From: Candidatus Aenigmatarchaeota archaeon
Lineage (GTDB): Archaea > Aenigmatarchaeota > Aenigmatarchaeia > CG10238-14 > SpSt-28
Assembly (NCBI GenBank): GCA_038733315.1
Contig: JAVYPJ010000002.1
Location: forward strand, 128,001 to 192,000
Length of the DNA stretch: 64,000 nucleotides
Reading direction: 5' to 3'
Below, in pieces: positions 29,967 through 40,535 of this stretch (positions within the stretch are counted from its first letter, which is position 1; each line of letters opens with the position of its first letter). The notes under the pieces are model-generated. The model ran no database searches. It was not told the origin of the DNA and saw only the letters and a program-made list of their open reading frames with translations. The translations under genes were made by a program, and so were the position numbers.

Positions 29967-31808
29967 ATGATAAATATAAACGTAAGAACTTTTATAATAA
30001 TTATAATTTTACTTTTCACTAACTATGTATTTTCAAGTTCAAATACAAATTATCTCATATATGAAGCCATACCACCAGAAACAGAATTCAAACCAAGCGA
30101 AAGTTTTTCTACATGGACTAGAGAAAATAAAAACTTTGAACTAATGTGTTATGACCCTTCATTTTATATTACAATAGACTCCACAACATACCATTTACCT
30201 GGTTCTGGATGCAATGCTGCATATTACTCTCTAACAAGTTATAATTCTCCTTGTCCATTTTCCGGATATACGCAGGCCTCACTAGTGAGAGTAGAAAACG
30301 AAAATACCTTAGATGAGAAAAAAATATTTCAAGGAGTGATAACTCCGCCGAATAATTACAATTTCTTAATAGGTAAGGTTTGTTACTATTCTGTAGATAT
30401 TGCTGACAACGTAGAAAGCGTTAAAGAGTCTTCATCTCAAAACTATTACTACTGCTTTGATAGAGTAGCTCCAAAATTTGTTGGTATATCTCATTCTCCA
30501 GAATTTATAGCTAGTAAAGATAATACATTCAATCCCTATCCAAATACTTATATAGATTTTAATGGAAATTCAAAACAATTAACTCCAGACAAAATAGTTA
30601 TTGATAAGGAAAAAGTAACTATTGAAGTAGCTGCAGAAGATAAAGATCCATACGGATATGAAAGAAGTGGAATAAAATCTATTTCTATAAACTTTCTAGG
30701 CACAAATTCTATTAAATCTGATTTTCAATCCTCTTGTCCAAATGGAGCAACATATACTACGCCAGCTTCTCATTCCCATAATTTTTCAAATCCAACAATA
30801 GGATGGAATAATGTATCTTCTAGTATTACTGATTTTGCCGGAAATAGTGCATCGAACTCTAACTATAAATTTTATGTTTTCTTAGGCGCATTGGGAACTC
30901 AAAACAATCAAAGAAGTAATGATAAATTAGTATTTCTAAAAACTTATTGGGATTCTTCATCAGAAGTAAAGCAGAGAACAAATAACTTAGGTGGAAGCTC
31001 TTCTAGTAAAATTAATTGCTATGGTTATAATTCAAAATGTACACTAATTAGAGATATTATAGGAAAAACCGATGAATTTACAGATTGTTTATGGGTAGGA
31101 CCTTATAATAATCCTAGAAATGTAAAGATATATAATTTTAAAGAAATTGTCGATTTAGAAAAGAATGAAATAGCTACTGCAAGTTATTCTAAATACGAGG
31201 AGAATAATAATAAAATAATCTATGCTTGGGTAAATCCAAAAGCAGAGGATTTAAAGAAAATTGCTATTTGCTCTAAAAATGATACAGGCATTTTAGTAGA
31301 TTTACCATTCTTAGTTTCTAAAAATGTTCCAGATGGGTTTAGAATGTTGCTAACAGAAAGAAATGTTTTTTCTGTTCAATGGGAGGTAGAATATGCTAGA
31401 GAGCAAAGAGAAGTAAATGTAGAATGTTATTTAAATCCAATAATAGTAGAAAACAATGAGATTAAAATATGTACTATAAATGATATTTTAGATGGAAATT
31501 GTGATTTAAACTATTCTCAAAAATGTTATTGTGGTAATGAATTCCCATGTAAGCAAGATACATCAAAGTTTACAATTCATACTTGTAGCGTTGTTAATCC
31601 AAAATTCTATTCTGGAGAAAATAGAATAATTTGTAAGTTTTATGATCCTAGGGATAAAGGTATAAGAGCTGAAATTTGGTTTAATCACGAGTTTTATTAT
31701 GTTAACGGAAAAATAGTTAATAAAAAAGAACAAAGTATATTTGAAACTATTTTAAATTTTGTTTTAGAAAATATTGTAAAAATATTGCCGAAGATAAGCA
31801 TTGTCTAA
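29967..31808 (+). CDS. Secreted Cys-rich Ig-like surface protein
   Basis: Likely start ATG 29967 (MININVRTFIIIILL signal); YYSVDIADNVE, DRVAP, DFAGN Ig-like motifs; amphipathic C-terminus. Confidence 0.75.
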   Translation: MININVRTFIIIIILLFTNYVFSSSNTNYLIYEAIPPETEFKPSESFSTWTRENKNFELMCYDPSFYITIDSTTYHLPGSGCNAAYYSLTSYNSPCPFSGYTQASLVRVENENTLDEKKIFQGVITPPNNYNFLIGKVCYYSVDIADNVESVKESSSQNYYYCFDRVAPKFVGISHSPEFIASKDNTFNPYPNTYIDFNGNSKQLTPDKIVIDKEKVTIEVAAEDKDPYGYERSGIKSISINFLGTNSIKSDFQSSCPNGATYTTPASHSHNFSNPTIGWNNVSSSITDFAGNSASNSNYKFYVFLGALGTQNNQRSNDKLVFLKTYWDSSSEVKQRTNNLGGSSSSKINCYGYNSKCTLIRDIIGKTDEFTDCLWVGPYNNPRNVKIYNFKEIVDLEKNEIATASYSKYEENNNKIIYAWVNPKAEDLKKIAICSKNDTGILVDLPFLVSKNVPDGFRMLLTERNVFSVQWEVEYAREQREVNVECYLNPIIVENNEIKICTINDILDGNCDLNYSQKCYCGNEFPCKQDTSKFTIHTCSVVNPKFYSGENRIICKFYDPRDKGIRAEIWFNHEFYYVNGKIVNKKEQSIFETILNFVLENIVKILPKISIV

Positions 31809-33850
31809 ACCTTTCCAACAAATCCAGGTTTATGAGAAAATAGTTCCCCACTCAATTTCATCTTATTTAAAATCTCTTCAACATCATCAACTCCTTGGTC
31901 CTTCGCTCTTCTTATTATTTCCTCTTCGGGTATCATATTTCCAAAAACCTTTGATAACTCATCTATAATCTTTTTAACTGTCCTTATTTTACCTCTTTGC
32001 GAAGCTGTTGTAACTCCTTCATATTTATCTATATCTATTGTTCCCAAAGAAGGATCAAACCCAAATTGTTTTAGAGATGTTACCATTAATCTTATTGCTC
32101 TCTCAGCATCATCTACAGTTACTTCATTACTTAGTCTTGCTTTTGCGGACGCTTGAGCTAATCTAATTAATGCCTCAAATTGCCTTAACGTAATAGTAAT
32201 AGCTGAAGTCTCACTAGACTTTTCTCTAGTTTCTAAGAAAAACTCTTTTATCCTTTCAAAAGCTTCCTTAGTTAGTTTTGGAAAAACGTTTTTTCTAGCA
32301 TATGCTATATACTTTTTAAATAATGCCGTTGGAATAACTTCTTTTGTAATTTTATCCTTTTCAAAAAATCTTGTTTTTTCTATATGTTCCACTATCTTTT
32401 CATCAATTTCTTTTTTTGGAATGTCTCTCAAAGCGAATTTGAGGTCGAATCTGCTTAATAGAGGTTCTGGTAATTCTATTTGCTCTCTCAGAGCTATATA
32501 TGGATCAAATCTTCCATATTTTGGATTTCCAGCAGCTAATACACTTGTTTTTGCTGGTAAAGTTGCTACTATGCTAGCCTTAGCTATAGATACACTTCCT
32601 TGTTCCATTGCCTCGTGTAAAGCTATCAAATCGTCTTTCCTTACTTTTTCAAACTCATCAATACATATAATACTTTTATTAGCCATAACCATAGCTCCAG
32701 CTTCCAAAACCCAGCCACCAAGAAATTCTTCATCTTTTGTAACAGTAGCTATTAGTCCAGCTGCTGTTGCTCCGCTCCCGCTAACATATTTAGCTCTAGG
32801 CATCAACCCAGCTACATATTTTAATAATTGTGATTTTGCTGTAGATGGTTCTCCGATTAGCAAAATATGAATTTCTCCCCTAATTCTTGTTCCATCTGGC
32901 ATTAATTGCTCATTACCTCCAAACATTTGCAAAAGTATTGCTTCTTTAACCTCTTCTAAACCAAAAATTGTTGGCGCGATAGAATTAACAAGCTTCTTAG
33001 TTATTTCTGGATCTTTTGCTAGCTCCAAAATTTTTTTCTCATCCTCCTCAGAAATTTCAATATCTTCCCATTCTGTTTCTAAAATTTCGAAGTTTAAAGC
33101 GTCTATAAAAATTTCCATAGTTCTTCCATAATTTTTCCTTAACTTTCTTTGTATGCTTTTTAAAACCCCAATAACCTTAATTCTATTTCCAGGATCTGTT
33201 TTAACTCTTAGTTTTGGATCCACCAAATCTTCTTTTAAATAAACCATTATATTACTAGGTCTCTCTCCACTAAGAATTTCATAAGGCTCTTCTATAACAA
33301 TCCATCTGGCGTCGTATAGTTTTTCTCCTACTATTTCAAATGTCCTAGATTCGCAAAAAGGACATTTTATAGGTTTCTTTAAACTTCTTTCGGTTTGAAG
33401 TTGAGATATTATTCTTTTACACTCAACACAAGCAAAAATAGCTTCATGTATTTCTGGTCTTACTTCACTAGCTCTTTTAACTATTCCATCTACAATTACC
33501 AATTTTCCTATATGTTCACTTCTCAAGCTACTAATCCTTTTTTCTAGACTTTTAGAAAAATTATAGAATCTTATTTTTATTCTATCTTTTAATTCCGGCT
33601 CTAACTCATATAAGGCCTCTTCAAATACACTAGAAATTTCTTCCGGACTCTCTATAAACTTTTCAGCTATTGTAATATCAAACTTTTCTAATAAAGAAAA
33701 ATCTATTAATAACCTTCTTTCATCGCTTAACCTAATTCTACCAATTTCTCTATAATAATACTCTTCCAAAAAGTTTGAAAAAACATTCTTTATCTGATTT
33801 TTTTCGTTTTCATCTATTTTTTTAGGCTCTTTTATCTGAAGAACTAACAT
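31805..33850 (-). CDS. mcm: MCM replicative helicase
   Basis: Zn finger, GEPSTAKSQ, IDEFEK, LLSRFD, TLRQ. Confidence 0.97.
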   Translation of the reverse strand: MLVLQIKEPKKIDENEKNQIKNVFSNFLEEYYYREIGRIRLSDERRLLIDFSLLEKFDITIAEKFIESPEEISSVFEEALYELEPELKDRIKIRFYNFSKSLEKRISSLRSEHIGKLVIVDGIVKRASEVRPEIHEAIFACVECKRIISQLQTERSLKKPIKCPFCESRTFEIVGEKLYDARWIVIEEPYEILSGERPSNIMVYLKEDLVDPKLRVKTDPGNRIKVIGVLKSIQRKLRKNYGRTMEIFIDALNFEILETEWEDIEISEEDEKKILELAKDPEITKKLVNSIAPTIFGLEEVKEAILLQMFGGNEQLMPDGTRIRGEIHILLIGEPSTAKSQLLKYVAGLMPRAKYVSGSGATAAGLIATVTKDEEFLGGWVLEAGAMVMANKSIICIDEFEKVRKDDLIALHEAMEQGSVSIAKASIVATLPAKTSVLAAGNPKYGRFDPYIALREQIELPEPLLSRFDLKFALRDIPKKEIDEKIVEHIEKTRFFEKDKITKEVIPTALFKKYIAYARKNVFPKLTKEAFERIKEFFLETREKSSETSAITITLRQFEALIRLAQASAKARLSNEVTVDDAERAIRLMVTSLKQFGFDPSLGTIDIDKYEGVTTASQRGKIRTVKKIIDELSKVFGNMIPEEEIIRRAKDQGVDDVEEILNKMKLSGELFSHKPGFVGKV

Positions 33851-33893
33851 TAAATAATAGAGTTAAGAAGCTAAAAAAAGATTTTTATATTTT

Positions 33894-34439
33894 TCAATAT
33901 GGTTCAAAACAATTAGAATTCTTTATTTTCTTTGCCAATCTCTCTAATTCCTTCTTTACTTCATCCACATTTTTACCTCCAGTACATATTATCTTTCCAC
34001 TTTTAAAAACTAAAAAAACTAATTTTGGTTCGTTTTTTCTATAAACTAAACCTGGAAATTGCTCCGGCTCAAACTCAGCACCCTCTAATTCCATTGCTAA
34101 GCAGTTCAAATTCACCTCGCCATCTAACTTTACAGAGGCTACAACGTTTTCAACAACCTTTTCTGATTTAGAGATATCTACACCAACACTCTTTAATCTT
34201 TCTAAAATAACCTTTAAGGCTTTATCAACATCTTCAATTCTTCTATTTCCGGTACATATTACTTTTCCACTTTCAAATATTAGAAAAGAGCACTTTGGAT
34301 CTTGCATTTTATAAACTAAACCTGGAAATTGTTCTGGTTCGAACTCTATATCTAAATACTTATTTAGCAGCTGGTTTATTGGAATTCTTTGGCTAAATGT
34401 TAAAGATACTACAATATTTTCTATAGTAACTTCCTCCAT
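33894..34439 (-). CDS. tbp: TATA-box binding protein
   Basis: Two ENxVxS...FEPEQFPGLVY...SGKxICTG repeats. Confidence 0.97.
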   Translation of the reverse strand: MEEVTIENIVVSLTFSQRIPINQLLNKYLDIEFEPEQFPGLVYKMQDPKCSFLIFESGKVICTGNRRIEDVDKALKVILERLKSVGVDISKSEKVVENVVASVKLDGEVNLNCLAMELEGAEFEPEQFPGLVYRKNEPKLVFLVFKSGKIICTGGKNVDEVKKELERLAKKIKNSNCFEPY

Positions 34440-34518
34440 TTAATAATAATTTACATTTAAAATATAAATTTTCAAGTTGATATAGATAAAGACTTTTTAA
34501 CCTTTACAATATTTTTAT

Positions 34519-35172
34519 ATGATAGTTGCTGGAATAGATGAAAACGGTAGAGGATGTATTATTGGACCCTTAGTTATTACTGTTTTTATTATAGATGATG
34601 AAAAAATAAATGAATTGGAAAAAATTGGAGTAAAGGATTCGAAAAAAATTCATCCGAAAAAAAGAAAAGAAATTTATGAGAAGTTAATTTCCTTAGGGGA
34701 AATACATCAAAAAATAATTAGCGCTATAGAGATAGATTACTATCTGAAGAATAAAAAAATAGGACTAAATAATTTAGAGATAATCAAAATAGCGGAATTA
34801 ATTAATGAAACTAATTCAGAAATTTATTATATAGATGCAATTTCTAATCCAATAAAATTTAAAGAAAATTTAAAGAAATTTGTTAAAAGAGATGTTGAAA
34901 TAATTGCAGAAAATAAAATGGATGAAAAAAACTTAGTTGTAGCAGCTGCTAGCATAATAGGAAAAGTTGTTAGAGATATGGAGATTGAAAAAATAAAAGA
35001 GCGCATTAATTTTGATTTTGGAAGTGGGTATGTTAGTGATGAAAGAACAAAAAAATTTATAGAATACGTTGTAAAAAAGGGGTTAAACTATGATTTTATT
35101 AGAAAATCGTGGATAACCTATGAGGAGGAAAACAAAAAAATAAAATTTAAGAAACTAATTGATTTTATATGA
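34519..35172 (+). CDS. rnhB: Ribonuclease HII
   Basis: GIDENGRG, KDSKK, VAAASI, GSGY, C-terminal PIP-like KKLIDF. Confidence 0.93.
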   Translation: MIVAGIDENGRGCIIGPLVITVFIIDDEKINELEKIGVKDSKKIHPKKRKEIYEKLISLGEIHQKIISAIEIDYYLKNKKIGLNNLEIIKIAELINETNSEIYYIDAISNPIKFKENLKKFVKRDVEIIAENKMDEKNLVVAAASIIGKVVRDMEIEKIKERINFDFGSGYVSDERTKKFIEYVVKKGLNYDFIRKSWITYEEENKKIKFKKLIDFI

Positions 35173-35414
35173 GAAAGGTATTAAATAAAAGTAAAATAAA
35201 GATTTTATTTTCAATTTTAGGAATTTTTTGCGCTCCAATAACTTTTTATTTTTATTATAACGACTTAATAGGATTATCCTTACCTTTTTTGATTTTCTTA
35301 ACTCTTTGCTATTTTCTAGGTAAAGAAAAGTTTTTTTGGAAGTTTTTCGAGGAAAATATATTAATTTTTTTATTTTTTTGGATTATAACTCTAAGTATTC
35401 TTATTAACCTTTAA
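35169..35414 (+). CDS. Small membrane protein
   Basis: Three hydrophobic segments; overlaps the rnhB stop. Confidence 0.55.
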   Translation: MRKVLNKSKIKILFSILGIFCAPITFYFYYNDLIGLSLPFLIFLTLCYFLGKEKFFWKFFEENILIFLFFWIITLSILINL

Positions 35415-35416
35415 AA

Positions 35417-35905
35417 ATGCCAGATATTATTACGCATCTAATAATTTCCTTAGCCTGCTCCTTTCCACTACTTTTATCTATTAAAGAATTAAAAAACAAA
35501 ATTATTTTTCTATTACTTGTATTCTTGTTTTCAATTTTACCAGATTTCGACTTCTTTTTTAATTCCCACAGAATCTTTACGCACTCTGTTTTCTTTATTT
35601 TTTCACTTTTATTAATATTTAGCGTTATAAATCTAAAAATCAGAAACCAAAAAATCCTAATTCTTCCTATTATAACGCTTTTGCATATTGTGTTGGATTT
35701 GTTTAATGGAAATGTTAGATTTCTATATCCATTTAGCAACGAAGAAATAACCTTAGAAAAATACTTTACGTATAATTTTCCATTTCTAAATGTAAAAACC
35801 GATTTAAATATAGAAGTCATTATAATATCTATATTTTTTATTTTTTGTTTCACTGTCTCTAAAAAATATATTAGGAATTCAAAGCAAAGTATTTCCTACT
35901 ATTAA
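35417..35905 (+). CDS. Membrane-bound metal-dependent hydrolase (YdjM/DUF457)
   Basis: TH, LPDFD, HRIFTHS, HIVLD, LYP motifs. Confidence 0.85.
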   Translation: MPDIITHLIISLACSFPLLLSIKELKNKIIFLLLVFLFSILPDFDFFFNSHRIFTHSVFFIFSLLLIFSVINLKIRNQKILILPIITLLHIVLDLFNGNVRFLYPFSNEEITLEKYFTYNFPFLNVKTDLNIEVIIISIFFIFCFTVSKKYIRNSKQSISYY

Positions 35906-36433
35906 TTTATACTCATCTTTTTCATCCAGCTCTTCCTTTATCCTTTCTTTAATCATTTTTTCTGGATTCATTAAAAATTTTATCCTATTTTTTAAATCCG
36001 TGAAATTTTCAAAAGGTTTTATTCTTCTTTCTTTTAATATTTCTTCTAAATGTTTTTTCCCTATGCCTCTTAACAATTCTAGGGCATGCATTTTTGGAGT
36101 TAACGGGCCTGCAATGTTAAATATTTTTATAATTCTGTTTTCGTTCTGCTTAATAAGCTCGTCTAATACTTCTTCTAAGACATTTTTTGCAATAGAAGAT
36201 AATTCGCTATATTTTATTTTTCTTATAATTCTTTGTGCCTTATCTCTTAAACCACTACCTATATATACAACTTCTTTAATATCTACCTTTACATTTGGTT
36301 TTAGGCTTATTTCTAATAAATTAAAATATTTATTTCCAATCCCATGTGCTATAGGAATTTTTATAGGACTACCGGGCTTTCCTGCTGGAAAATAATCTAA
36401 TATTATTATGTATTCGTCCTTCATTTTATACAA
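35879..36433 (-). CDS. DUF655 HhH nucleic-acid-binding protein
   Basis: ILDY, FNLLE, HALELLRGIGKK, KPFENF; conserved rpl21e-rpo4-DUF655 order. Confidence 0.9.
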   Translation of the reverse strand: MYKMKDEYIIILDYFPAGKPGSPIKIPIAHGIGNKYFNLLEISLKPNVKVDIKEVVYIGSGLRDKAQRIIRKIKYSELSSIAKNVLEEVLDELIKQNENRIIKIFNIAGPLTPKMHALELLRGIGKKHLEEILKERRIKPFENFTDLKNRIKFLMNPEKMIKERIKEELDEKDEYKLIVGNTLL

Positions 36434-36438
36434 AAAAG

Positions 36439-36753
36439 TTAGATTTTATTAAGTATTTCTATTATTTTTTTTAGTTTTTCTTCACTAAAAAATCTTATGT
36501 TTTTTCCAAATAGAATGTTTAGATCTTCTATGCTTTCTGGAAGAAAATCCAAAATAAGTACAATTTCGTTATCTTTTAGGCCTAAATCCTTTAACTCCTT
36601 CTTAATTTCTTCTATTTTCTCTAAATTAACGTCTCTCTTCATAGAACTCTTTATATTTTCTATAATATCATTTAAAACGTTATTGGAAATTTCTCCCTTA
36701 AGTATTTCTAACGCTTCATATTTCGTAATATGTCTCTCTTCTAATACTTCCAT
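36439..36753 (-). CDS. rpo4: RNA polymerase subunit F (Rpo4)
   Basis: ILDFLPESIEDL HRDC-like motif plus synteny. Confidence 0.8.
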   Translation of the reverse strand: MEVLEERHITKYEALEILKGEISNNVLNDIIENIKSSMKRDVNLEKIEEIKKELKDLGLKDNEIVLILDFLPESIEDLNILFGKNIRFFSEEKLKKIIEILNKI

Positions 36754-36760
36754 AAAAAAA

Positions 36761-37030
36761 TTAAGATAATCTTTTTAAATGTTGTGGCTGAACTATAAGA
36801 GTTTTCTCTTTAAACCTATCAGATACCTTAACTAAATATGACCTCCCCCTTTTTCCAATAATTTTTCCTATCTTTCCATGAAATCTATGATGCGGGGCTC
36901 CATTGTAGCTGCTAGGATCTATCTTAATAACAACTTTTTCTCCATTTTCAAACTCTTGAAAAAATCTAGATATACCACTTTTTTCATACTTACTGCTTAA
37001 TTTTTTTCTGGATTTACTACCTTTAACCAT
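36761..37030 (-). CDS. rpl21e: 50S ribosomal protein L21e
   Basis: GEKVVIKIDPS, PHHRFHGKIG, PQHL. Confidence 0.95.
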   Translation of the reverse strand: MVKGSKSRKKLSSKYEKSGISRFFQEFENGEKVVIKIDPSSYNGAPHHRFHGKIGKIIGKRGRSYLVKVSDRFKEKTLIVQPQHLKRLS

Positions 37031-37061
37031 TATAATTTATAATAATATTAAATTTAAATTT

Positions 37062-37559
37062 ATGAATTTGAACAATATAAAAGCAAGAATAGAAGCTATT
37101 CTTTTTGCATCCTCTAAGCCTATTACAGTTTTTCAGCTTTCTAAAATATTAAATGCTAACGAGAATGAAATCGAAGAAGCTTTAAACGAATTAATTAAAG
37201 AGTATGAAAGAGAAGATAAAGCTTTAGAAATAGTAGAAACTCCAGAAGGTTTTGAAATGAGGATAAAAGCAATTTATAGAAGTGATGCTTCCAAGGTAGC
37301 TGCATTTAGTGATTTAAGTTCTGGAGTTTTAAAAACACTAGCAATAATAATATATAAAAATCCTATTAAACAAAGTGATATAATAAAAATTCAAGGAAAC
37401 AGAGCATACGACTATATTAAAATCTTAGAGAAAAAAGGTTTAATAATTTCAAAAAAACATAAAAACACTAAAATATTGCTACCAAGCCAGAACTTAGAGA
37501 GATATTTTGGTATGAAAATAGAAGAGATAAAAAGACAAATAGAAAAATATATTCAATGA
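37062..37559 (+). CDS. scpB: Segregation and condensation protein ScpB
   Basis: IEAILFAS..P, LKTLAIIIYKNPIKQSDI. Confidence 0.9.
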   Translation: MNLNNIKARIEAILFASSKPITVFQLSKILNANENEIEEALNELIKEYEREDKALEIVETPEGFEMRIKAIYRSDASKVAAFSDLSSGVLKTLAIIIYKNPIKQSDIIKIQGNRAYDYIKILEKKGLIISKKHKNTKILLPSQNLERYFGMKIEEIKRQIEKYIQ

Positions 37560-38275
37560 GAGTTTTGCTAACTATAAATCCATCTAAGAACATATTTAAA
37601 CAAATAAAATTAGCTAAAAAAATAGGATTTGATGGTGTTGAAATAGTGTTAGAAGATAAGGCTATGAAAACTGTTTTAAATAAAAAAAGTGATGTTAAAA
37701 ATCTTTTAGAAGAATTAAACATGTTTGCATCTTTTCATTTACCTTTTTGGCTTAACATACTTAATAAAGATGATTTTAACGAAATTCAAAATCTCTATGA
37801 AATAGCAAACTTTTTTAACACTTTTTGTGTTACTCACATAAATTCAGAAAATAAAAATGATTTAAAGATTTTCTCAAAAATTCTAAAAAAAATTCGAGAT
37901 AAAAAAATTTATTTTGAAAATTTATTTCAAAAAATAGATTTTTTAGAAAACTTTTCTAAGCTTAATGTTTTTTTAACTATCGACATTTCTCATATGCTCA
38001 CAATAAACACCTTTACAGAGTTTAGAAATTTTATAGTAAATAATAAACAAAAAATTCTTCATTTTCATATTTCAGATGCAAACGGTTTTTCCCATTCCCA
38101 TTTGCCTTTTGGTAAAGGGGTTTTACCTCTTAGAAGGATAGCAGAATTACTAATAAAAAATTTTAATGATAGAACTATATCTTTTGAAATTTTTGATACA
38201 GACTTTCCAGAAATAGATTTCGAATCTTCTTTTATAATTTTTAAAAATTTAATAGATAAATATGGAAAAGAGTGA
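37556..38275 (+). CDS. Sugar phosphate isomerase/epimerase-like TIM barrel (AP endonuclease 2 family)
   Basis: GFDGVEI, HLP, FEN, DISH, HFHISD, HLPFGKG. Confidence 0.85.
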   Translation: MRVLLTINPSKNIFKQIKLAKKIGFDGVEIVLEDKAMKTVLNKKSDVKNLLEELNMFASFHLPFWLNILNKDDFNEIQNLYEIANFFNTFCVTHINSENKNDLKIFSKILKKIRDKKIYFENLFQKIDFLENFSKLNVFLTIDISHMLTINTFTEFRNFIVNNKQKILHFHISDANGFSHSHLPFGKGVLPLRRIAELLIKNFNDRTISFEIFDTDFPEIDFESSFIIFKNLIDKYGKE

Positions 38276-38957
38276 GATAATTAAAGTTTTTAGAGAAAAC
38301 AATTTAGATTTCATTAATTCTTTATATTCTAAATGTTTTGACGTTTTGATAAAAAAAGGCGAAGAGTTTTATTTTGTAAAAATATATAAAAACTTAAACT
38401 CTTTGACTTCTGAAGTTTGTCATGATTTAGCTAATTTAGAAAGTTTTTTTGAAGTAAATTCAATAATACTTTCCTTAAGAACATCTAGAAAAACATTAGG
38501 AAATCACATTTATTTAAGAAAAAATGTTAGAGTTTTAAATCTACAAACATTTTTAAAGTTCTTAGAAAATAAAGAGATTTCCATTTATAGATATGGAAAA
38601 GTTGTAATTAATATAGATTTTCAAAAAATGAAAAAACAAAGAGAAACTCTTGGCTATTCTTTAAAAACCTTAGCAAAAAAGCTTGATGTCAGTAAGAAAC
38701 ATATTTACGAAATAGAAAAGGGTATTAGAAAACCTTCTTATGAATTAGCCTTAAAATTAGAAAAAGTTTTAGGAACAAAACTAGTTTGTGAATTAGAAAG
38801 GAAAATTGAAGAAAAAGAAACCTTTAATTTTCTGAAGTTTTGCTCTATAAAGGGTATTAAAAAAGAGGGCAGGAAGTTTATAATTCCTAGAAAAGAAGAT
38901 AAGGCCTTAGAAGAAAGTAGAGAAATGTCTAATTTTTTAAACGTTGAAATATTATGA
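38262..38957 (+). CDS. Archaeal HTH (XRE-type) transcriptional regulator, COG1395-like
   Basis: SKCFDVL N-domain plus RETLGYSLKTLAKKLDVSKKHIYEIEKG HTH. Confidence 0.8.
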   Translation: MEKSEIIKVFRENNLDFINSLYSKCFDVLIKKGEEFYFVKIYKNLNSLTSEVCHDLANLESFFEVNSIILSLRTSRKTLGNHIYLRKNVRVLNLQTFLKFLENKEISIYRYGKVVINIDFQKMKKQRETLGYSLKTLAKKLDVSKKHIYEIEKGIRKPSYELALKLEKVLGTKLVCELERKIEEKETFNFLKFCSIKGIKKEGRKFIIPRKEDKALEESREMSNFLNVEIL

Positions 38958-40174
38958 AAGTTAGAGGTTGGGTTGAAGAACTTAGAGATTTGGGAAAAAT
39001 AAAATTTATTATACTTCATACAGTAGAAGAAGATTACCAAATAACGTGTAAAAAAGAAATTACAGAAAACTTTGAAGAAATAGATAAAATTACATTACAA
39101 AGCGCCATAGAGGTTGAGGGAGATTTAATGGAGCATGGGATTTCTAAAAAACATAAAGAAATCTTGGCTAAAAAAATAAATATAATAAACATTTCTGAAA
39201 AAGTTTTGCCAATAGACCCAAGCAATAAAACTCCATATTCTCTAGACAAAAAATTAGATTGGAGATTTTTAGATTTTAGAAATCATAAAACAATAGCGAT
39301 AATCAAAATTCAAAATACCATTTTAAAATCTTTTAGGGAATTTTTTTCAAGCAAAGGTTTTATAGAGATTTTACCTCCGCTAATAATTTCTTCTGCAAGT
39401 GAAGGGGGTGCCGAATTATTTAAAGTTCAATACTTTGAAAAAGAAGCGTATTTAGCTCAAAGTCCTCAACTATATAAACAGATGGCTGCAATAAGTTTAG
39501 AAAAAGTTTTTTGCATAACTCCTATTTTTAGAGCTGAAAAGCATGATACGCCATTTCATATTAATCAAGTAACAAGCTTAGATATAGAAGTCGCTTTTGC
39601 AAATCACGAAGAAGTTATGAAATATTTAGAAGAATTCTTCGTATATGCTCTAGAAAACATTCAAAACAAAAATGAAAAAGAATTAAAAGAACTAAACATT
39701 AAACTAAATATTCCTCAACTACCATTAACAAGAATAAAGTATGAGGAAGCGATTCAGCTTTTAAATCTTAATTTTGGAGATGAAATAAAAAGAGTTCATG
39801 AAAAAACTCTTTGTGAAAAAATCGAAGAAGCAATTTTTATAACACATTTTCCTAAGGAGCATAGACCATTTTATACAATGATAAATGAAAGTGATAATAG
39901 AATTACAAATTCTTTCGATTTCCTTTATAAAGGCTTAGAATTAGCGAGCGGTTCTCAAAGAATTCATATCGCTGAAATGCTAAAAGCAAGAATTATTGAA
40001 AGCGGACTAGAACCAAAAGATTTTGAAAATTATATTAATGCATTTAAATATGGAGCACCTATGCATGCTGGCTGGGGATTAGGTTTAGAAAGATTCACAA
40101 TGAAAATTTGTAATTTAGAAAATATTAGAGAAGCTACTATGTGGCCAAGAGATAGAAATAGATTAATGCCTTAA
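38954..40174 (+). CDS. aspS: Aspartyl-tRNA synthetase (archaeal type)
   Basis: GWV..LRDLG OB-fold, LAQSPQLYKQ, FRAE, HAGWGLGLER, PRD. Confidence 0.9.
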   Translation: MKVRGWVEELRDLGKIKFIILHTVEEDYQITCKKEITENFEEIDKITLQSAIEVEGDLMEHGISKKHKEILAKKINIINISEKVLPIDPSNKTPYSLDKKLDWRFLDFRNHKTIAIIKIQNTILKSFREFFSSKGFIEILPPLIISSASEGGAELFKVQYFEKEAYLAQSPQLYKQMAAISLEKVFCITPIFRAEKHDTPFHINQVTSLDIEVAFANHEEVMKYLEEFFVYALENIQNKNEKELKELNIKLNIPQLPLTRIKYEEAIQLLNLNFGDEIKRVHEKTLCEKIEEAIFITHFPKEHRPFYTMINESDNRITNSFDFLYKGLELASGSQRIHIAEMLKARIIESGLEPKDFENYINAFKYGAPMHAGWGLGLERFTMKICNLENIREATMWPRDRNRLMP

Positions 40175-40208
40175 TTTAAGATTAAAATAGATTTTTCATA
40201 ATATTTTT

Positions 40209-40535
40209 ATGGAAATAACTTTCGAAGAATTCCAAAAAATAGAAATGAAAATAGGAAAAGTGATAGATGTGCAAGAGATTCCGCAATCCAAAAATCTACT
40301 AAAACTAGTTGTAGATTTTGGTAACGAAAAAAGACAATCTGTAGCAGGGCTAAAAACTTATTTCAAAAAAGAAGATCTCATTGGTAAAAAATATGTTTTT
40401 GTAACTAATTTAGAAAAGAAAAAAATGATGGGAGAAGTAAGTGAGTGTATGATATTGGCAGCAATAGATGATTCCGGAAACCTTTCTTTAATCACTCCAG
40501 AAAAAGACATTAAAGAGGGTAGTAAAATAAAATGA
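40209..40535 (+). CDS. tRNA-binding OB-fold protein (Trbp111/MetRS-C/CsaA family)
   Basis: ITFEEF, LLKLVVDFG, VTNL, SECMILA. Confidence 0.88.
   Translation: MEITFEEFQKIEMKIGKVIDVQEIPQSKNLLKLVVDFGNEKRQSVAGLKTYFKKEDLIGKKYVFVTNLEKKKMMGEVSECMILAAIDDSGNLSLITPEKDIKEGSKIK

Noticed and set aside
34041..34345. Direct DNA repeat inside tbp
   Set aside because: Expected internal two-fold repeat of TBP (FEPEQFPGLVY)
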